Assembly: GCA_937921735.1 (NCBI GenBank)
Contig: CAKZTQ010000016.1
Coordinates: 15,622 to 79,621 of the forward strand
DNA length: 64,000 nt
Direction of reading: 5' to 3'
Source: an uncultured archaeon
GTDB lineage: Archaea; Hadarchaeota; Hadarchaeia; Hadarchaeales; Hadarchaeaceae
Part shown: piece after piece, positions 17,579-26,752 of the stretch
How the letters are laid out: the number at the start of each line of letters is the position of its first letter
Position numbering within the stretch: the stretch's first letter is position 1
Program-made: the position numbers and the translations under genes
Notes under the pieces: model-generated
What the model was told of the DNA's origin: nothing
Database searches by the model: none
What the model saw: only the letters and a program-made list of their open reading frames with translations

Positions 17579-18790
17579 CTAGCTCTTGCCCGTCTTTCTG
17601 ATGCTCGCGATCTTCTGTTGTAATCCATACAATTTTATGAACGCCTCCGCCTCCTCCCCGCTCCAGCCAGCGGCTTGTGCGTAACGTGCAATGTCCTCGC
17701 GTACTAGGGAATAAGGAGAGGAGACGCTTACTTGAATCGCGCTCATGTGTTCCAATTTCATCATCACCTCGCCCGTCACGAACTCCTGGGTTGAGTCCAC
17801 GAATGCTTCGATGTCGCGCATGACGGGCTCGTAAAATAGGCCTCGGTACGACAGGTCCGCATATGTATTTTCCAGAGTGGCCTTGACCGCGAGTTGGCGG
17901 CGCGTGAGCACGAGCCTCTCGAGTGCCCTATGGGCCTCGATGAGCAGGAGCAAACCCGGAGCTTCGAACGCTTGGAAGCCCTTTATCCCAACTGTCTCGT
18001 CCTCGACGTAGAGGCCCCTTCCATAGCCATGGGCACCGGCTATCGCGTTCAGTTGTTGAAGGATCTCTATCCCATGCATCCTTTTCCCATTTAGCTCGAC
18101 GGGTATACCTTTTTCGAACGAGATCCTGACGTACTCCGGTTCTCTTTTCGTTACCCTAGTGAGCACCCAGGCTTCCTCGCTGGGCTCCTTGTTCTCATCT
18201 ATCTCCGAGCCGGAGATCGTACGGCCGAAGACGTTTTCGTTGATCGTATACCTCTTCGTCAGCTCCCTTACCTCGAACCCTTTTTTCTCCAGATATTCTA
18301 CCTCCTGTGCTCTAGTCATTCCAAGCTCGCGGATAGGTGCGATTACTTTGAGATCGGGGGCCAAGCACATCACGGTCACGTCGATCCGCACCTGATCGTT
18401 GCCCGCGCCAGTGCATCCATGGGCGACCGCGGCGGCGCCCTCCTTCCTCGCGACTTCGATTAAGTGTTTTGCGATGGTGTAGCGGTCGGAGCACATCAGG
18501 GGATACTTGCCCTCGTAGAGCGCGTTCGCTTTGATGATGTAGGAGATTATCTCATCGAAAATTTCCTGCCTCGCATCGATGAAATAGTGCCTCATGGCGC
18601 CCAGTTCCTTCGAGCGATTTTCGATGTATTTTAATTCCTCCTCGCTCAGCCCGCCTGTATCGACGGTCAGGGTAATCACATCGTAACCCCTCTCCCTCAA
18701 GTTGAGCACGCAAAAACTCGTATCCAACCCACCGGAGAAAGCCAGCACGACCTTTTGGGCCACCCTAACCCTCCGCTTAATTTTGTCCAC
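17579..18790 (-). CDS. argG: Argininosuccinate synthase
   Basis: Carries VVLAFSGGLDTS (PP-loop) along a full-length 403-aa protein. Confidence 0.9.
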   Translation of the reverse strand: MDKIKRRVRVAQKVVLAFSGGLDTSFCVLNLRERGYDVITLTVDTGGLSEEELKYIENRSKELGAMRHYFIDARQEIFDEIISYIIKANALYEGKYPLMCSDRYTIAKHLIEVARKEGAAAVAHGCTGAGNDQVRIDVTVMCLAPDLKVIAPIRELGMTRAQEVEYLEKKGFEVRELTKRYTINENVFGRTISGSEIDENKEPSEEAWVLTRVTKREPEYVRISFEKGIPVELNGKRMHGIEILQQLNAIAGAHGYGRGLYVEDETVGIKGFQAFEAPGLLLLIEAHRALERLVLTRRQLAVKATLENTYADLSYRGLFYEPVMRDIEAFVDSTQEFVTGEVMMKLEHMSAIQVSVSSPYSLVREDIARYAQAAGWSGEEAEAFIKLYGLQQKIASIRKTGKS

Positions 18791-18869
18791 GCATATTTAT
18801 GCCGTTATCCCCCGAAAAACCTTTTAGGTTTGCGGCTCTTTACGCTACGGATGAAAAGCCGGTGTGCAA

Positions 18870-19301
18870 ATGGCGAGGATAGTCTACGCGGGCGATGGTT
18901 GCACGGGTTGCAAGAGATGCATCGTGGCGTGCGCGCATGCCCACGATGGGACCTTTAGCCTTGAAGCAGGGCGCATATGGGTGGTGAAGGAGGAGCCCCT
19001 CACCGACCATCCCGTGGTGTGCGTTCAGTGCGTCAAGCCGAGATGTCAAGAGGCTTGCCCGGTGGGGGCCATCCGTAGGGTCGACGATCTCGTGCTCGTC
19101 GACGAAGGCGCCTGTATCGGCTGCGGCGCCTGCGCGGAGGCTTGTCCTTTCGGCGCCATAGCCCTACATCCCTCCAAAGGGGTAGCGATCAAGTGCGACC
19201 TCTGCGGTGGCGACCCGGCCTGCGTGAAGTTTTGCCCGGCTGGCGTGTTGAAGCTGAAGGAGCCAGCAGCGGTCGTCCAGCAGAAGGGGGCCAGGGGGTG
19301 A
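18870..19301 (+). CDS. 4Fe-4S ferredoxin-domain protein (polyferredoxin-like). It is the putative electron-transfer partner of the downstream AOR.
   Basis: Multiple CxxCxxC...CP motifs are present (CTGCKRCIVACAH, CVQCVKPRCQEACP, CIGCGACAEACP, CDLCGG). The ATG at 18870 is preferred over the GTG at 18864. Confidence 0.7.
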   Translation: MARIVYAGDGCTGCKRCIVACAHAHDGTFSLEAGRIWVVKEEPLTDHPVVCVQCVKPRCQEACPVGAIRRVDDLVLVDEGACIGCGACAEACPFGAIALHPSKGVAIKCDLCGGDPACVKFCPAGVLKLKEPAAVVQQKGARG

Positions 19302-19329
19302 TGTCCTGTCATACCCACTCGGAGGATAC

Positions 19330-21216
19330 ATGGGGCAGGTTTTGAGGGTCGATCTGACCAAGCGTAAGGTGCTCGTCGAGCGACTCCCGAAGGAGTTGGC
19401 GCTCAACTACCTCGGGGGGACTGGCTTCGCCGCCAGGATCTTGTTCGACGAACTCGAGCCGGGCATGAACGCCCTGGGCCCCGAGAACAGGTTGATCTTT
19501 GGCACAGGCCCTTTGACGGGCACGCTTTGGCCCACTGCGGGGAGGTGGGCGGTCTACGCAAAATCCCCTTTGACGGACATCTGGGGGGAATCGCACTGCG
19601 GCGGGTTCTTCGGCACCGAGCTGAAGTTCGCAGGTTACGATATGGTGATAGTGCAGGGGAGGGCCGACGACCCCGTCTACCTATGGATAGACGATGACGA
19701 GGTCCAGCTCTTACCGGCGAAGGACCTCTGGGGCCGCAACACGGCTGAGACCACGGATATGATCCGAGAGGCGCTCGGAGATCGCGAAATAGAGGTGGCA
19801 TGTATTGGACAAGCGGGCGAGAGGCTGGTTCGATTCGCCTGCATCATGCACAATTATCAAGATGCCGCCGGCAGGACGGGAATGGGCGCGGTCATGGGCA
19901 GCAAGCGCCTGAAGGCGGTCGCCGTGAGGGGCTCCCGCGCGGTGAGCGTGGCCGATGACGAGCGTTTCATGGAGCTGGCGGAGGAGGCCCACCGGCGCGT
20001 ATTGGAACAGCCGCAGGCCAGGGAGATGACCAAGTACGGCACGCCCCTATTGGTCGCGTACAAATCGGAGATAGGGGAGCTACCGACGCGAAACCATCAA
20101 ACCGGCATCTTCGGGGGAGCTCAGAAATTACAGGCGGACACCATCCGCGCCAAGTACTTCGCCAAGGTCCGCTCCTGCTTCGGTTGCTGCATCATGTGTA
20201 AGAAGGTGAACAGGATACAGGAGGGCCCATACGCGGGCCTCATCTCGGGTGGCCCTGAGTACGAGGGGATATACTCGCTCGGCACCAACTGTGGCATCGA
20301 CGATTTCGGTGCGATACTCAAGGCAAACCAATTGTGCAATCTTTACGGTCTGGACGCGATCTCAGCGGGCTGCGTGGTAGCTTGGCTGATGGAGTGCTAC
20401 GAGCGCGGTCTCCTCAGCCGCCAGGACTGCGATGGACTGGAGCCGACTTGGGGCAACCACGAAGTCATGGTGACGCTCATCGAGAAGATCGCTAAGCGGG
20501 AGGGGATCGGAGATGTCCTCGCTGAGGGAAGCTACCGGGCAGCACAGCGTTTGGGCAAGGGGGAGGAGTACGTGATGCACGTCAAGAAGCTGGAGATCTC
20601 GGGCCAGGATGGCCGTACCCATCGAAGCGTCGCGCTGACGCACGCGATATCCGTTCGCGGGGCAGATCACCTACGCTCGCTCGTTACCGTGGATCAGCTA
20701 GGCTACGAGGACACGGCGGCGAAGCGCTATGGCAGGGACAAGCTGCCAGAGGTATGCGATCCCTACAGCGAGCGATACAAGGCGCTCGTCGTGAAGGATG
20801 CGGAGGATACCTTCGCGATACGCGATAGCTTGATCGTGTGCTGGTACTCCTGCGGTTGGCCTCCCATATTCTGGATGCCGGACTTTGCCGCCGTTGCGTC
20901 CGCGGCCACCGGCGTGGAGAAGTTCGGCAAGCTGGAGGAGCTCTACCGAATAGCCCAGCGCATATGTAACCTTAGGAGGGCCTTCAACGTACGCGAGGGG
21001 CTGGACAGGAGGCACGACATGCTGCCCAAGCGCTTCACCCATGAGCCCATGCCCGAAGGACCGGGGAAGGGGCAAGTAGCAAATCTTGAAATAATGTTGA
21101 ATGAATATTACAAATTGAGGGGTTGGAGCGAGAATGGCGTGCCGACCAAGCAAACATTGGATGAACTTGGGTTGAGCGACGTGGCGGAAGAGCTTAAACG
21201 CCTAGGTAGGTTGTGA
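19330..21216 (+). CDS. Tungsten-type aldehyde:ferredoxin oxidoreductase family protein (paralog 1)
   Basis: A 628-aa protein with an AOR N-terminal domain, GMGAVMGSKRLKAVAVRG, and the AOR Cys ligand region. A GGAGG Shine-Dalgarno-like motif sits 5-9 nt upstream of the ATG. Confidence 0.85.
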   Translation: MGQVLRVDLTKRKVLVERLPKELALNYLGGTGFAARILFDELEPGMNALGPENRLIFGTGPLTGTLWPTAGRWAVYAKSPLTDIWGESHCGGFFGTELKFAGYDMVIVQGRADDPVYLWIDDDEVQLLPAKDLWGRNTAETTDMIREALGDREIEVACIGQAGERLVRFACIMHNYQDAAGRTGMGAVMGSKRLKAVAVRGSRAVSVADDERFMELAEEAHRRVLEQPQAREMTKYGTPLLVAYKSEIGELPTRNHQTGIFGGAQKLQADTIRAKYFAKVRSCFGCCIMCKKVNRIQEGPYAGLISGGPEYEGIYSLGTNCGIDDFGAILKANQLCNLYGLDAISAGCVVAWLMECYERGLLSRQDCDGLEPTWGNHEVMVTLIEKIAKREGIGDVLAEGSYRAAQRLGKGEEYVMHVKKLEISGQDGRTHRSVALTHAISVRGADHLRSLVTVDQLGYEDTAAKRYGRDKLPEVCDPYSERYKALVVKDAEDTFAIRDSLIVCWYSCGWPPIFWMPDFAAVASAATGVEKFGKLEELYRIAQRICNLRRAFNVREGLDRRHDMLPKRFTHEPMPEGPGKGQVANLEIMLNEYYKLRGWSENGVPTKQTLDELGLSDVAEELKRLGRL

Positions 21217-21221
21217 ATTGC

Positions 21222-21506
21222 ATGGAGGTCGTGATCAGACTTCATGGCGACTTATGCGCGAAGGCTGGCACGAGCACGATAAAACTGCCGATCGACGAGA
21301 ACGAGACGATAGATACCCTGCTGATGAAGCTCGGCAGACGTCACTCGGATTTGCTCGAGGCCATCCTCGATCCCCAGACGGGAGAGCTGAGGTCTCACTG
21401 CAACATCTTGCTCAACGGCAGGCGCGTTCAGCAGCTTCGCGGCATCCACACCAAACTGAAGCACAAGGATGAGATAGCGATCTTTCCACCGGAGTCGGGC
21501 GGTTAG
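21222..21506 (+). CDS. MoaD/ThiS-family ubiquitin-like sulfur carrier protein
   Basis: A 95-aa protein ending ...IAIFPPESGG, the C-terminal Gly-Gly hallmark of this family. It overlaps the AOR stop. Confidence 0.6.
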   Translation: MEVVIRLHGDLCAKAGTSTIKLPIDENETIDTLLMKLGRRHSDLLEAILDPQTGELRSHCNILLNGRRVQQLRGIHTKLKHKDEIAIFPPESGG

Positions 21507-21525
21507 TTGTGGCATGGTGTCTGAG

Positions 21526-21825
21526 TTATTTACGTTGTTTTTCATGAAGCTTATGGGATGTTTTCTCAATTTTTGTTAGCAATTCGGCGATGCTTGGGTC
21601 AGCTAATCTATACCTAACCCATTTCCCCTGGCGTACTCCTTCCACAGATCCGCACCTGCGGGCGATCCGTAGGTGGTAGGAGATCAACGATTGCTCCTTT
21701 CCCAGCTCCTTGGAGATCTCGCACACGCAGCGCTCGCCGTCCTTCAACGCCCAGAGGATTTTAAACCTAGTTTCGTCTGCTATGCACTTGAGCAAGGCGA
21801 GTTGGTTACCGATGGGCTTTGACAT
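21526..21825 (-). CDS. ArsR/SmtB-family transcriptional regulator
   Basis: LKCIADETRFKILWALKDGERCVCEISKELGKEQSLISYHLRIARRCGSVEGVRQG is an ArsR-type wHTH with Cys residues. It lies downstream of sufCB on the same strand. Confidence 0.65.
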   Translation of the reverse strand: MSKPIGNQLALLKCIADETRFKILWALKDGERCVCEISKELGKEQSLISYHLRIARRCGSVEGVRQGKWVRYRLADPSIAELLTKIEKTSHKLHEKQRK

Positions 21826-21874
21826 GAACTCACCTTGAAAATATCGCGCCTCGCTAACGAGATAGGAAAACCCA

Positions 21875-23101
21875 TTAGAGAGCCCTCTTCGTAGTAATAT
21901 CGATCATTTTTCTGATCTCGCTTTCGAGCGCGGGGGGAAGCCCCAGGATGCTTACATCCATGAATCCCCTCACTATCAGCGATTGGGCCTCCTCCTCCGA
22001 AAACCCCCTCGCCATCAGGTACCGTATCTGATCCTCGGCGATCTTGCCGACCGCGGCCTCGTGGGAGAGCTCGGCCCCCTTAGCCTTGGCGATGAGCTCC
22101 GGGATTGCATGGATGAAGGCATCGTCTGACAGCAAGAGGCCCCTGCACTCGAGATGTGCTCTCGCGTCCTCTCGCTCCCCCACCAAAAGACCTCGGGCGT
22201 AGATTTGTGCGCTGTCCGACGCCAAGGCTCTGGTGATGACCTCCCCCCTAGCGCCGGGGGCTTCAAGCACCACCTTGGATCCGATATCCAAACGGGAATT
22301 CCCAACTCCGTACAGGATCGCGTTGAACCTAACCTTTGAGTTGTTCCCCCTGCAGTATGCAGCGGGATACATTTGAAGGCTCTTGACAGGCTTCAGGCAG
22401 ACGTAGTTGCTCACGAAAGTGGCGTCCTCCTCCAGCAGCGCCGCGCTCCTTGGACGGGCGTCAAAATCCTGAGCCCAATTGTGGAGCATGGTGAACGTGA
22501 CCTTCGCACCTTTTTTAACAAAGAACTCAGTGACTCCAACGTGCAAACCACGCCTAACGTCCGGATGAATGGTGCAGCCGGTTATTATCTGGACCTCCGA
22601 CTCGGGCTCCGCTATTATCAAATTATGGACGTTTTGGTTGAGGTTATCTCTGGAGATGAAGAGACATGCTTGTAGGGGAAGATCGACTTTCTGGCCCTCA
22701 AACACTCTGATAAAATAACCTTGGTCCCACTTCAGCTCAGCTAAGGCAGTATACTTGTCCTGATCAACGTCGATTATCTTCCACCAATAGTCCTTTACCC
22801 AACCGTACTTTTGGAGGGCTTCCCTTGTGCTGATCATCTCCGCCTTTCCCTCTAGGGCCTTTTGGACCCCTCGAAAGACCACCGAGTGATCCACTTGAAA
22901 ATACGTTCCCGCCCTTTCTTCCCCTTCTACCTTGATCCCTACGTCTTGGGCCCGCCCTATAACCTCCGCTGGCAGACGAGAGAGCGGGCATGGTGACCAA
23001 GCCGGAGCGTTCCTTGAAAAGCCCTCGACATCCAAATCCAACTCAGGCGGTCTTTCATCCGTTAGCTTGGCTTTCTTGCCTTCGGGCATCTTTCGCACCA
23101 C
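21875..23101 (-). CDS. sufB: Fe-S cluster assembly protein SufB/SufD
   Basis: A 408-aa protein with the SufBD beta-helix pattern. Its N-terminus overlaps the sufC 3' end. Confidence 0.8.
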   Translation of the reverse strand: MVRKMPEGKKAKLTDERPPELDLDVEGFSRNAPAWSPCPLSRLPAEVIGRAQDVGIKVEGEERAGTYFQVDHSVVFRGVQKALEGKAEMISTREALQKYGWVKDYWWKIIDVDQDKYTALAELKWDQGYFIRVFEGQKVDLPLQACLFISRDNLNQNVHNLIIAEPESEVQIITGCTIHPDVRRGLHVGVTEFFVKKGAKVTFTMLHNWAQDFDARPRSAALLEEDATFVSNYVCLKPVKSLQMYPAAYCRGNNSKVRFNAILYGVGNSRLDIGSKVVLEAPGARGEVITRALASDSAQIYARGLLVGEREDARAHLECRGLLLSDDAFIHAIPELIAKAKGAELSHEAAVGKIAEDQIRYLMARGFSEEEAQSLIVRGFMDVSILGLPPALESEIRKMIDITTKRAL

Positions 23102-23808
23102 CTATATCCTTCCCTCATGATTTGGCCGAGAATTTGGGTGGGCCTCCCGGAACATACGATGGTACCATTCAGTAACACGTGCGCTTCGTCCACGTCCACG
23201 TAGCGGAGGATATGGCCCATATGGGTTACCAAAAGTCCCGTCCTCCCATCGAGGAAATCCTCTATGGTCCTGCCCACCACCTCGAGGTTCTCAACGTCCA
23301 CCCCAGAATCGGGCTCGTCGAAGATGGCGAAATCCGGCCGCTGGGCCAGCACCTGTAGGATCTCCGACCTCTTGAGCTCCCCGCCGGAAAATCCCAAGTT
23401 CAAGTCCCTTTCGAGGAACTCGGGCGGAAGGTTTACCGATTCAGCAAGCCTTCTCTTATCCACTTCGTCGCTAGCGAGTTGGCTCAGGATAACGCCAAGC
23501 TTCACGCCTCTCACAGCGGGTGGGTTTTGGAAGGCCACCCCAATCCCCAACTTGACGCGCTTGTCGGTGGGCATATCAGTGATGTTTGTCCCCTTAAACC
23601 AGATTTCACCGGAGACGACGCGATAGTTGGGAAAACCCAAGATGGACATTATCAATGATGTCTTGCCGGAGCCGTTGGGGCCGAACAAGACGTGGACCTC
23701 CCCCTCCGGTATCTCCAAATCGATGTCGTTTAGCACCTTTTTCCCGGCCGTTTCGACGGTCAAACTTTTTATCTTTAACAAGCGAACGACCTCGCAAATC
23801 AAGCTCAT
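23062..23808 (-). CDS. sufC: Fe-S cluster assembly ATPase SufC, with a short Cys-containing tail (WCERCPKARKPS) at the C-terminus
   Basis: Carries Walker A (GPNGSGKTS), the LSGGE signature and the Walker B pattern. Confidence 0.8.
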   Translation of the reverse strand: MSLICEVVRLLKIKSLTVETAGKKVLNDIDLEIPEGEVHVLFGPNGSGKTSLIMSILGFPNYRVVSGEIWFKGTNITDMPTDKRVKLGIGVAFQNPPAVRGVKLGVILSQLASDEVDKRRLAESVNLPPEFLERDLNLGFSGGELKRSEILQVLAQRPDFAIFDEPDSGVDVENLEVVGRTIEDFLDGRTGLLVTHMGHILRYVDVDEAHVLLNGTIVCSGRPTQILGQIMREGYRWCERCPKARKPS

Positions 23809-23913
23809 CGTATTATTTTAGCTCCGAAACTTAAGGCTACCGCTGCGTGGGGGCATCTCCCAAGCTAGCTCAGCAGCCGAAGCAAACGAAAAGGGGCGTT
23901 TCTCGCTCATTTT

Positions 23914-24156
23914 TCATTTCCCGTTCAAGAATTTCATGATATCTCCAACGCTAGGGACCGTGCCCTCCGAGACCTTTTTGCCATCGATGAGGAGCGCTGG
24001 CGTTAGGAACACGCCTTTCGCAGCCATCTCCCTGGGATCCTTGACTTCTAGAATTTGTACCTTTTTCTCCAGACCCAACTCCTTCAGCGCTCTCTCCACG
24101 TTCCTTTTGACCGCTTGGCACTTCAGGCAGCCTAGCCCATGGATCTCTATTTTCAT
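23914..24156 (-). CDS. Small thioredoxin-fold protein (CxxC, Thioredoxin_3-like)
   Basis: An 80-aa protein, MKIEIHGLGCLKCQAV..., with a single CxxC. This arrangement commonly pairs with DUF318 permeases. Confidence 0.65.
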   Translation of the reverse strand: MKIEIHGLGCLKCQAVKRNVERALKELGLEKKVQILEVKDPREMAAKGVFLTPALLIDGKKVSEGTVPSVGDIMKFLNGK

Positions 24157-24174
24157 CTCACCACCTCCGCTTGT

Positions 24175-25215
24175 TTACAATATCATCCCCGCCACCGCTC
24201 CAACGATGGTGCCGAGGATCACTATTGTTGGCACGTAGACGAGCGCCTTCCTCTTCCCGAAGACCCTCGCGATGGCTAGCCAGTTGGGCAGGCTCAAGCC
24301 CGGGCCAGTGAGCAGGAGCGCGAGGGCTGGACCGACCCCCATGCCGAGCTTCATCAAGGTGCTGACGAAGGGAGCTTCCGTCATGGTGGCGAAGTAGGCT
24401 ATCGCTCCTATCAAGGTCGCTAGGAAGGATTGACGTAGGCCGGATCCACCGAGCCAAGTTTCGATCCATGTCCTCGGTAGCGCCGCGCCGATTATCCCAA
24501 CGACAAATACCCCGACTAGGAGAAGGGGAAAGATGATGCGCACGAATAACCAAGTTTCCGTGAGCCAGTGCCGTATCTCTTCACCGCCCTTCATGAGCCA
24601 AGTACAAAGGGTGACGATGACCAGCCCCACCGCCCAGAGGTAGACCTTGTACAGATAGGGCCCTTCCCTAACCAAATAGTTGGGGGCGAGCAACCAGGCG
24701 ACGAGCAGGAGGAGTAGAGCAACGTCCTCTTTGGCCATGAGTTTCCCACCTTTTCCTTGTAGGGTGATTGCTCGCTTTAGCTCTTCCCTCCTGAAGGCGG
24801 TGTTCATCGTTATGCCCACGATGAACGACATCGAGAGGGCCGCGAGCACTCTGGCCAACGCTATATCCGCGCCCAAGATCGACCCGGTATAGACAAGCGC
24901 CAAGATGTTCGCGGCGGGGGCGACCCATAGGAGAATGAACGCGGGGCCGATCCCTGCGCCGGCGTAGTAGATGCCGCTCGCTACCGGGATTATCGTACAC
25001 GAGCAGGCGGCAATGAAAAAGCTAGCTCCGGCTGCGATGGCAAAGGATGTTAGCCTCCCGGCATTAACGCCAAGGTAATTTATTATGGTCTCTCTGGAGA
25101 CGAAGGTGACCATCGCTCCGGCCAACAAAAAAGCGGGGATGAGACAAGTGAGCACGTGAAGCGCGATGTACTCCTTGAGGGCCCTCAGCCCAGCCATCAA
25201 GAGGTCTAAGATCAT
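24175..25215 (-). CDS. Predicted permease (DUF318/COG0701-type, ArsP-like)
   Basis: A polytopic membrane protein with the ATG start at 25215. Its neighbourhood with the thioredoxin-like gene is conserved. The ORF-track N-terminal extension is rejected. Confidence 0.7.
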   Translation of the reverse strand: MILDLLMAGLRALKEYIALHVLTCLIPAFLLAGAMVTFVSRETIINYLGVNAGRLTSFAIAAGASFFIAACSCTIIPVASGIYYAGAGIGPAFILLWVAPAANILALVYTGSILGADIALARVLAALSMSFIVGITMNTAFRREELKRAITLQGKGGKLMAKEDVALLLLLVAWLLAPNYLVREGPYLYKVYLWAVGLVIVTLCTWLMKGGEEIRHWLTETWLFVRIIFPLLLVGVFVVGIIGAALPRTWIETWLGGSGLRQSFLATLIGAIAYFATMTEAPFVSTLMKLGMGVGPALALLLTGPGLSLPNWLAIARVFGKRKALVYVPTIVILGTIVGAVAGMIL

Positions 25216-25226
25216 CGTATCCCTCA

Positions 25227-25246
25227 CATATGAATTAAAATTCATA
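25227..25246. promoter_or_regulatory. Perfect inverted repeat ATATGAATT-AA-AATTCATAT in the divergent intergenic region. It is a candidate operator overlapping the permease promoter.
   Basis: The 9-nt arms are exactly self-complementary and lie 12-31 nt upstream of the permease ATG. A TATATTTAAG box for the divergent gene lies at 25281-25290. Confidence 0.45.
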
Positions 25247-25322
25247 TTTTGGTTCAGAGATGTGATGAAAATTCGTATATTTAAGCTTATCGCATTAATC
25301 GAGAATGAACGGTGGGTAGTCC

Positions 25323-26021
25323 GTGGAACTTCCCTGTCCCATTTGCGGTAAGCCGATGCACGAGTTGCCTGGGCCAAAGGAGCTCAAATGCTATTTCTGC
25401 GGTGAAGTCGGCATGAGCAACGTAGCGTGCGAGGGGAAGCATTTCATCTGCGAGAGCTGTAGGCTAGCCAGCGCCGAGGAGGCGATCGAGAGAATCGGCC
25501 TCGCCGCGATCGAGACTGACCCGGTGAAGATCGCCGATAAGATGATGAAGCATCCTGCCGTCCCGACGTACGGCGTTGAGCATCATCTCATAGCTGCGGT
25601 GTCGATGTTTGTAGCGGTGAAAAACATGATGGGCGAAAGGGCTCAGGCAAAGGACATCAAGAGGCTCACCGTATTCACGAAGAAAATCCCCTATGGCTCG
25701 TGTGGTTTTTTGGGCGTATGCGGAGCCGCCGCAGGCCTTGGAGCAGCGTTTTCGGCCCTCCTCGGCGCAAACTACATGAAGGATAAAGAGCGAACGCTCG
25801 CGATGGAGGTGGCTTCGCGGGCGAATTCGGCGATCGCAAGTGAGGGTGGTCCCAGGTGCTGCGTGGCAAGCGTCTACATCGCGTTATCGGAGGGCTCGAA
25901 AATGGCGAGAGAAGTCCTTGGCCTCGATCTAAAGTCGGAGCTCCCGCTCGGCCGCTGCGAGTTTGCCGATAGGGCAGAGGATTGCAGGCGCGAGCGCTGT
26001 CGTTTCTTCAAGGGGGCCTGA
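25323..26021 (+). CDS. Hypothetical Cys-rich protein with an N-terminal zinc ribbon (CPICG...CYFCG)
   Basis: A GTG start and 232 aa, carrying Cys motifs GSCGFLGVCG, PRCCVAS and CEFADRAEDCRRERC. No family could be assigned. Confidence 0.4.
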   Translation: MELPCPICGKPMHELPGPKELKCYFCGEVGMSNVACEGKHFICESCRLASAEEAIERIGLAAIETDPVKIADKMMKHPAVPTYGVEHHLIAAVSMFVAVKNMMGERAQAKDIKRLTVFTKKIPYGSCGFLGVCGAAAGLGAAFSALLGANYMKDKERTLAMEVASRANSAIASEGGPRCCVASVYIALSEGSKMAREVLGLDLKSELPLGRCEFADRAEDCRRERCRFFKGA

Positions 26022-26022
26022 G

Positions 26023-26752
26023 CTTGAGGCTGTTGTGGCTTCATCCCAGTAGGACCGTTGAGGCGCTCGCTGTGGAGGAGGCCATTCTGCGTTCTATGCT
26101 CGAAAACGGTTCGCCAAACACCCTTTGCTTTTGGCGGGGCAAGAGGTGCGTGGTGTTTGGTTTCAACCCCAATCACGATAAGGTGAACCTGACGCTATGT
26201 GGAGAGCTCGGCATCCCAGTTTGCAGGCGTAATTCAGGCGGGGGCGCCATCTATCAGGACGAGGGCAACCTCAATTACTCGCTGATCGCGGCGCAGGGCG
26301 GACTGGGCCTCCCCCAAGAGATGCAGCGTGCCCGTTGGATCATCGATTCCGTCATCGCGGGGGCGCTGGCGGACCTTGGGCTTAGAGCTCGCCCGATGAG
26401 CAGCGGCGGGGTAAGCGTCAACGGAAAAAAGGTATCCGGAAGTGCCCAATTCGCCCTTTGGGGTTATCTCCTTCATCACGGCGTCATCGCGGTGAATACC
26501 GATGTTGGCCTGATTCGCGAACTCTTCCCCTCCAGCAGGGTGGAAGTAACCACCCTAGAGCGAGAGTTGGGGAGGAGCGTCGGCATCGAGGAGTTGGCGA
26601 GGAGGATCGCGGCTAGGATCGCCCAGACCTTTGGCGAAGAATTGTTTAAGGGCGAATTGACCGAGGCAGAGGCCGAGGCGGCAAGGTTGCTGTTGGAGGA
26701 AAAATATCTTTCGGACGAATGGAATCGTCCTTGGGGGAATTTGTATGTCTAA
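26023..26752 (+). CDS. lplA: Lipoate-protein ligase A, catalytic domain (LplA N-terminal-type)
   Basis: RRNSGGGAIYQDEGNLNYS is the LplA/BPL motif, and VSVNGKKVSGSAQ is the lysine motif. The start is uncertain (TTG at 26023 or upstream TTG at 25982). The ~245-aa length matches split archaeal LplA. Confidence 0.7.

Noticed and set aside
23809-23913. Possible small RNA in the GC-balanced 105-nt spacer between sufC and the thioredoxin-like gene
   Set aside because: No convincing conserved stem-loop or known motif could be folded by eye. It is more simply the sufC promoter and 5' region.
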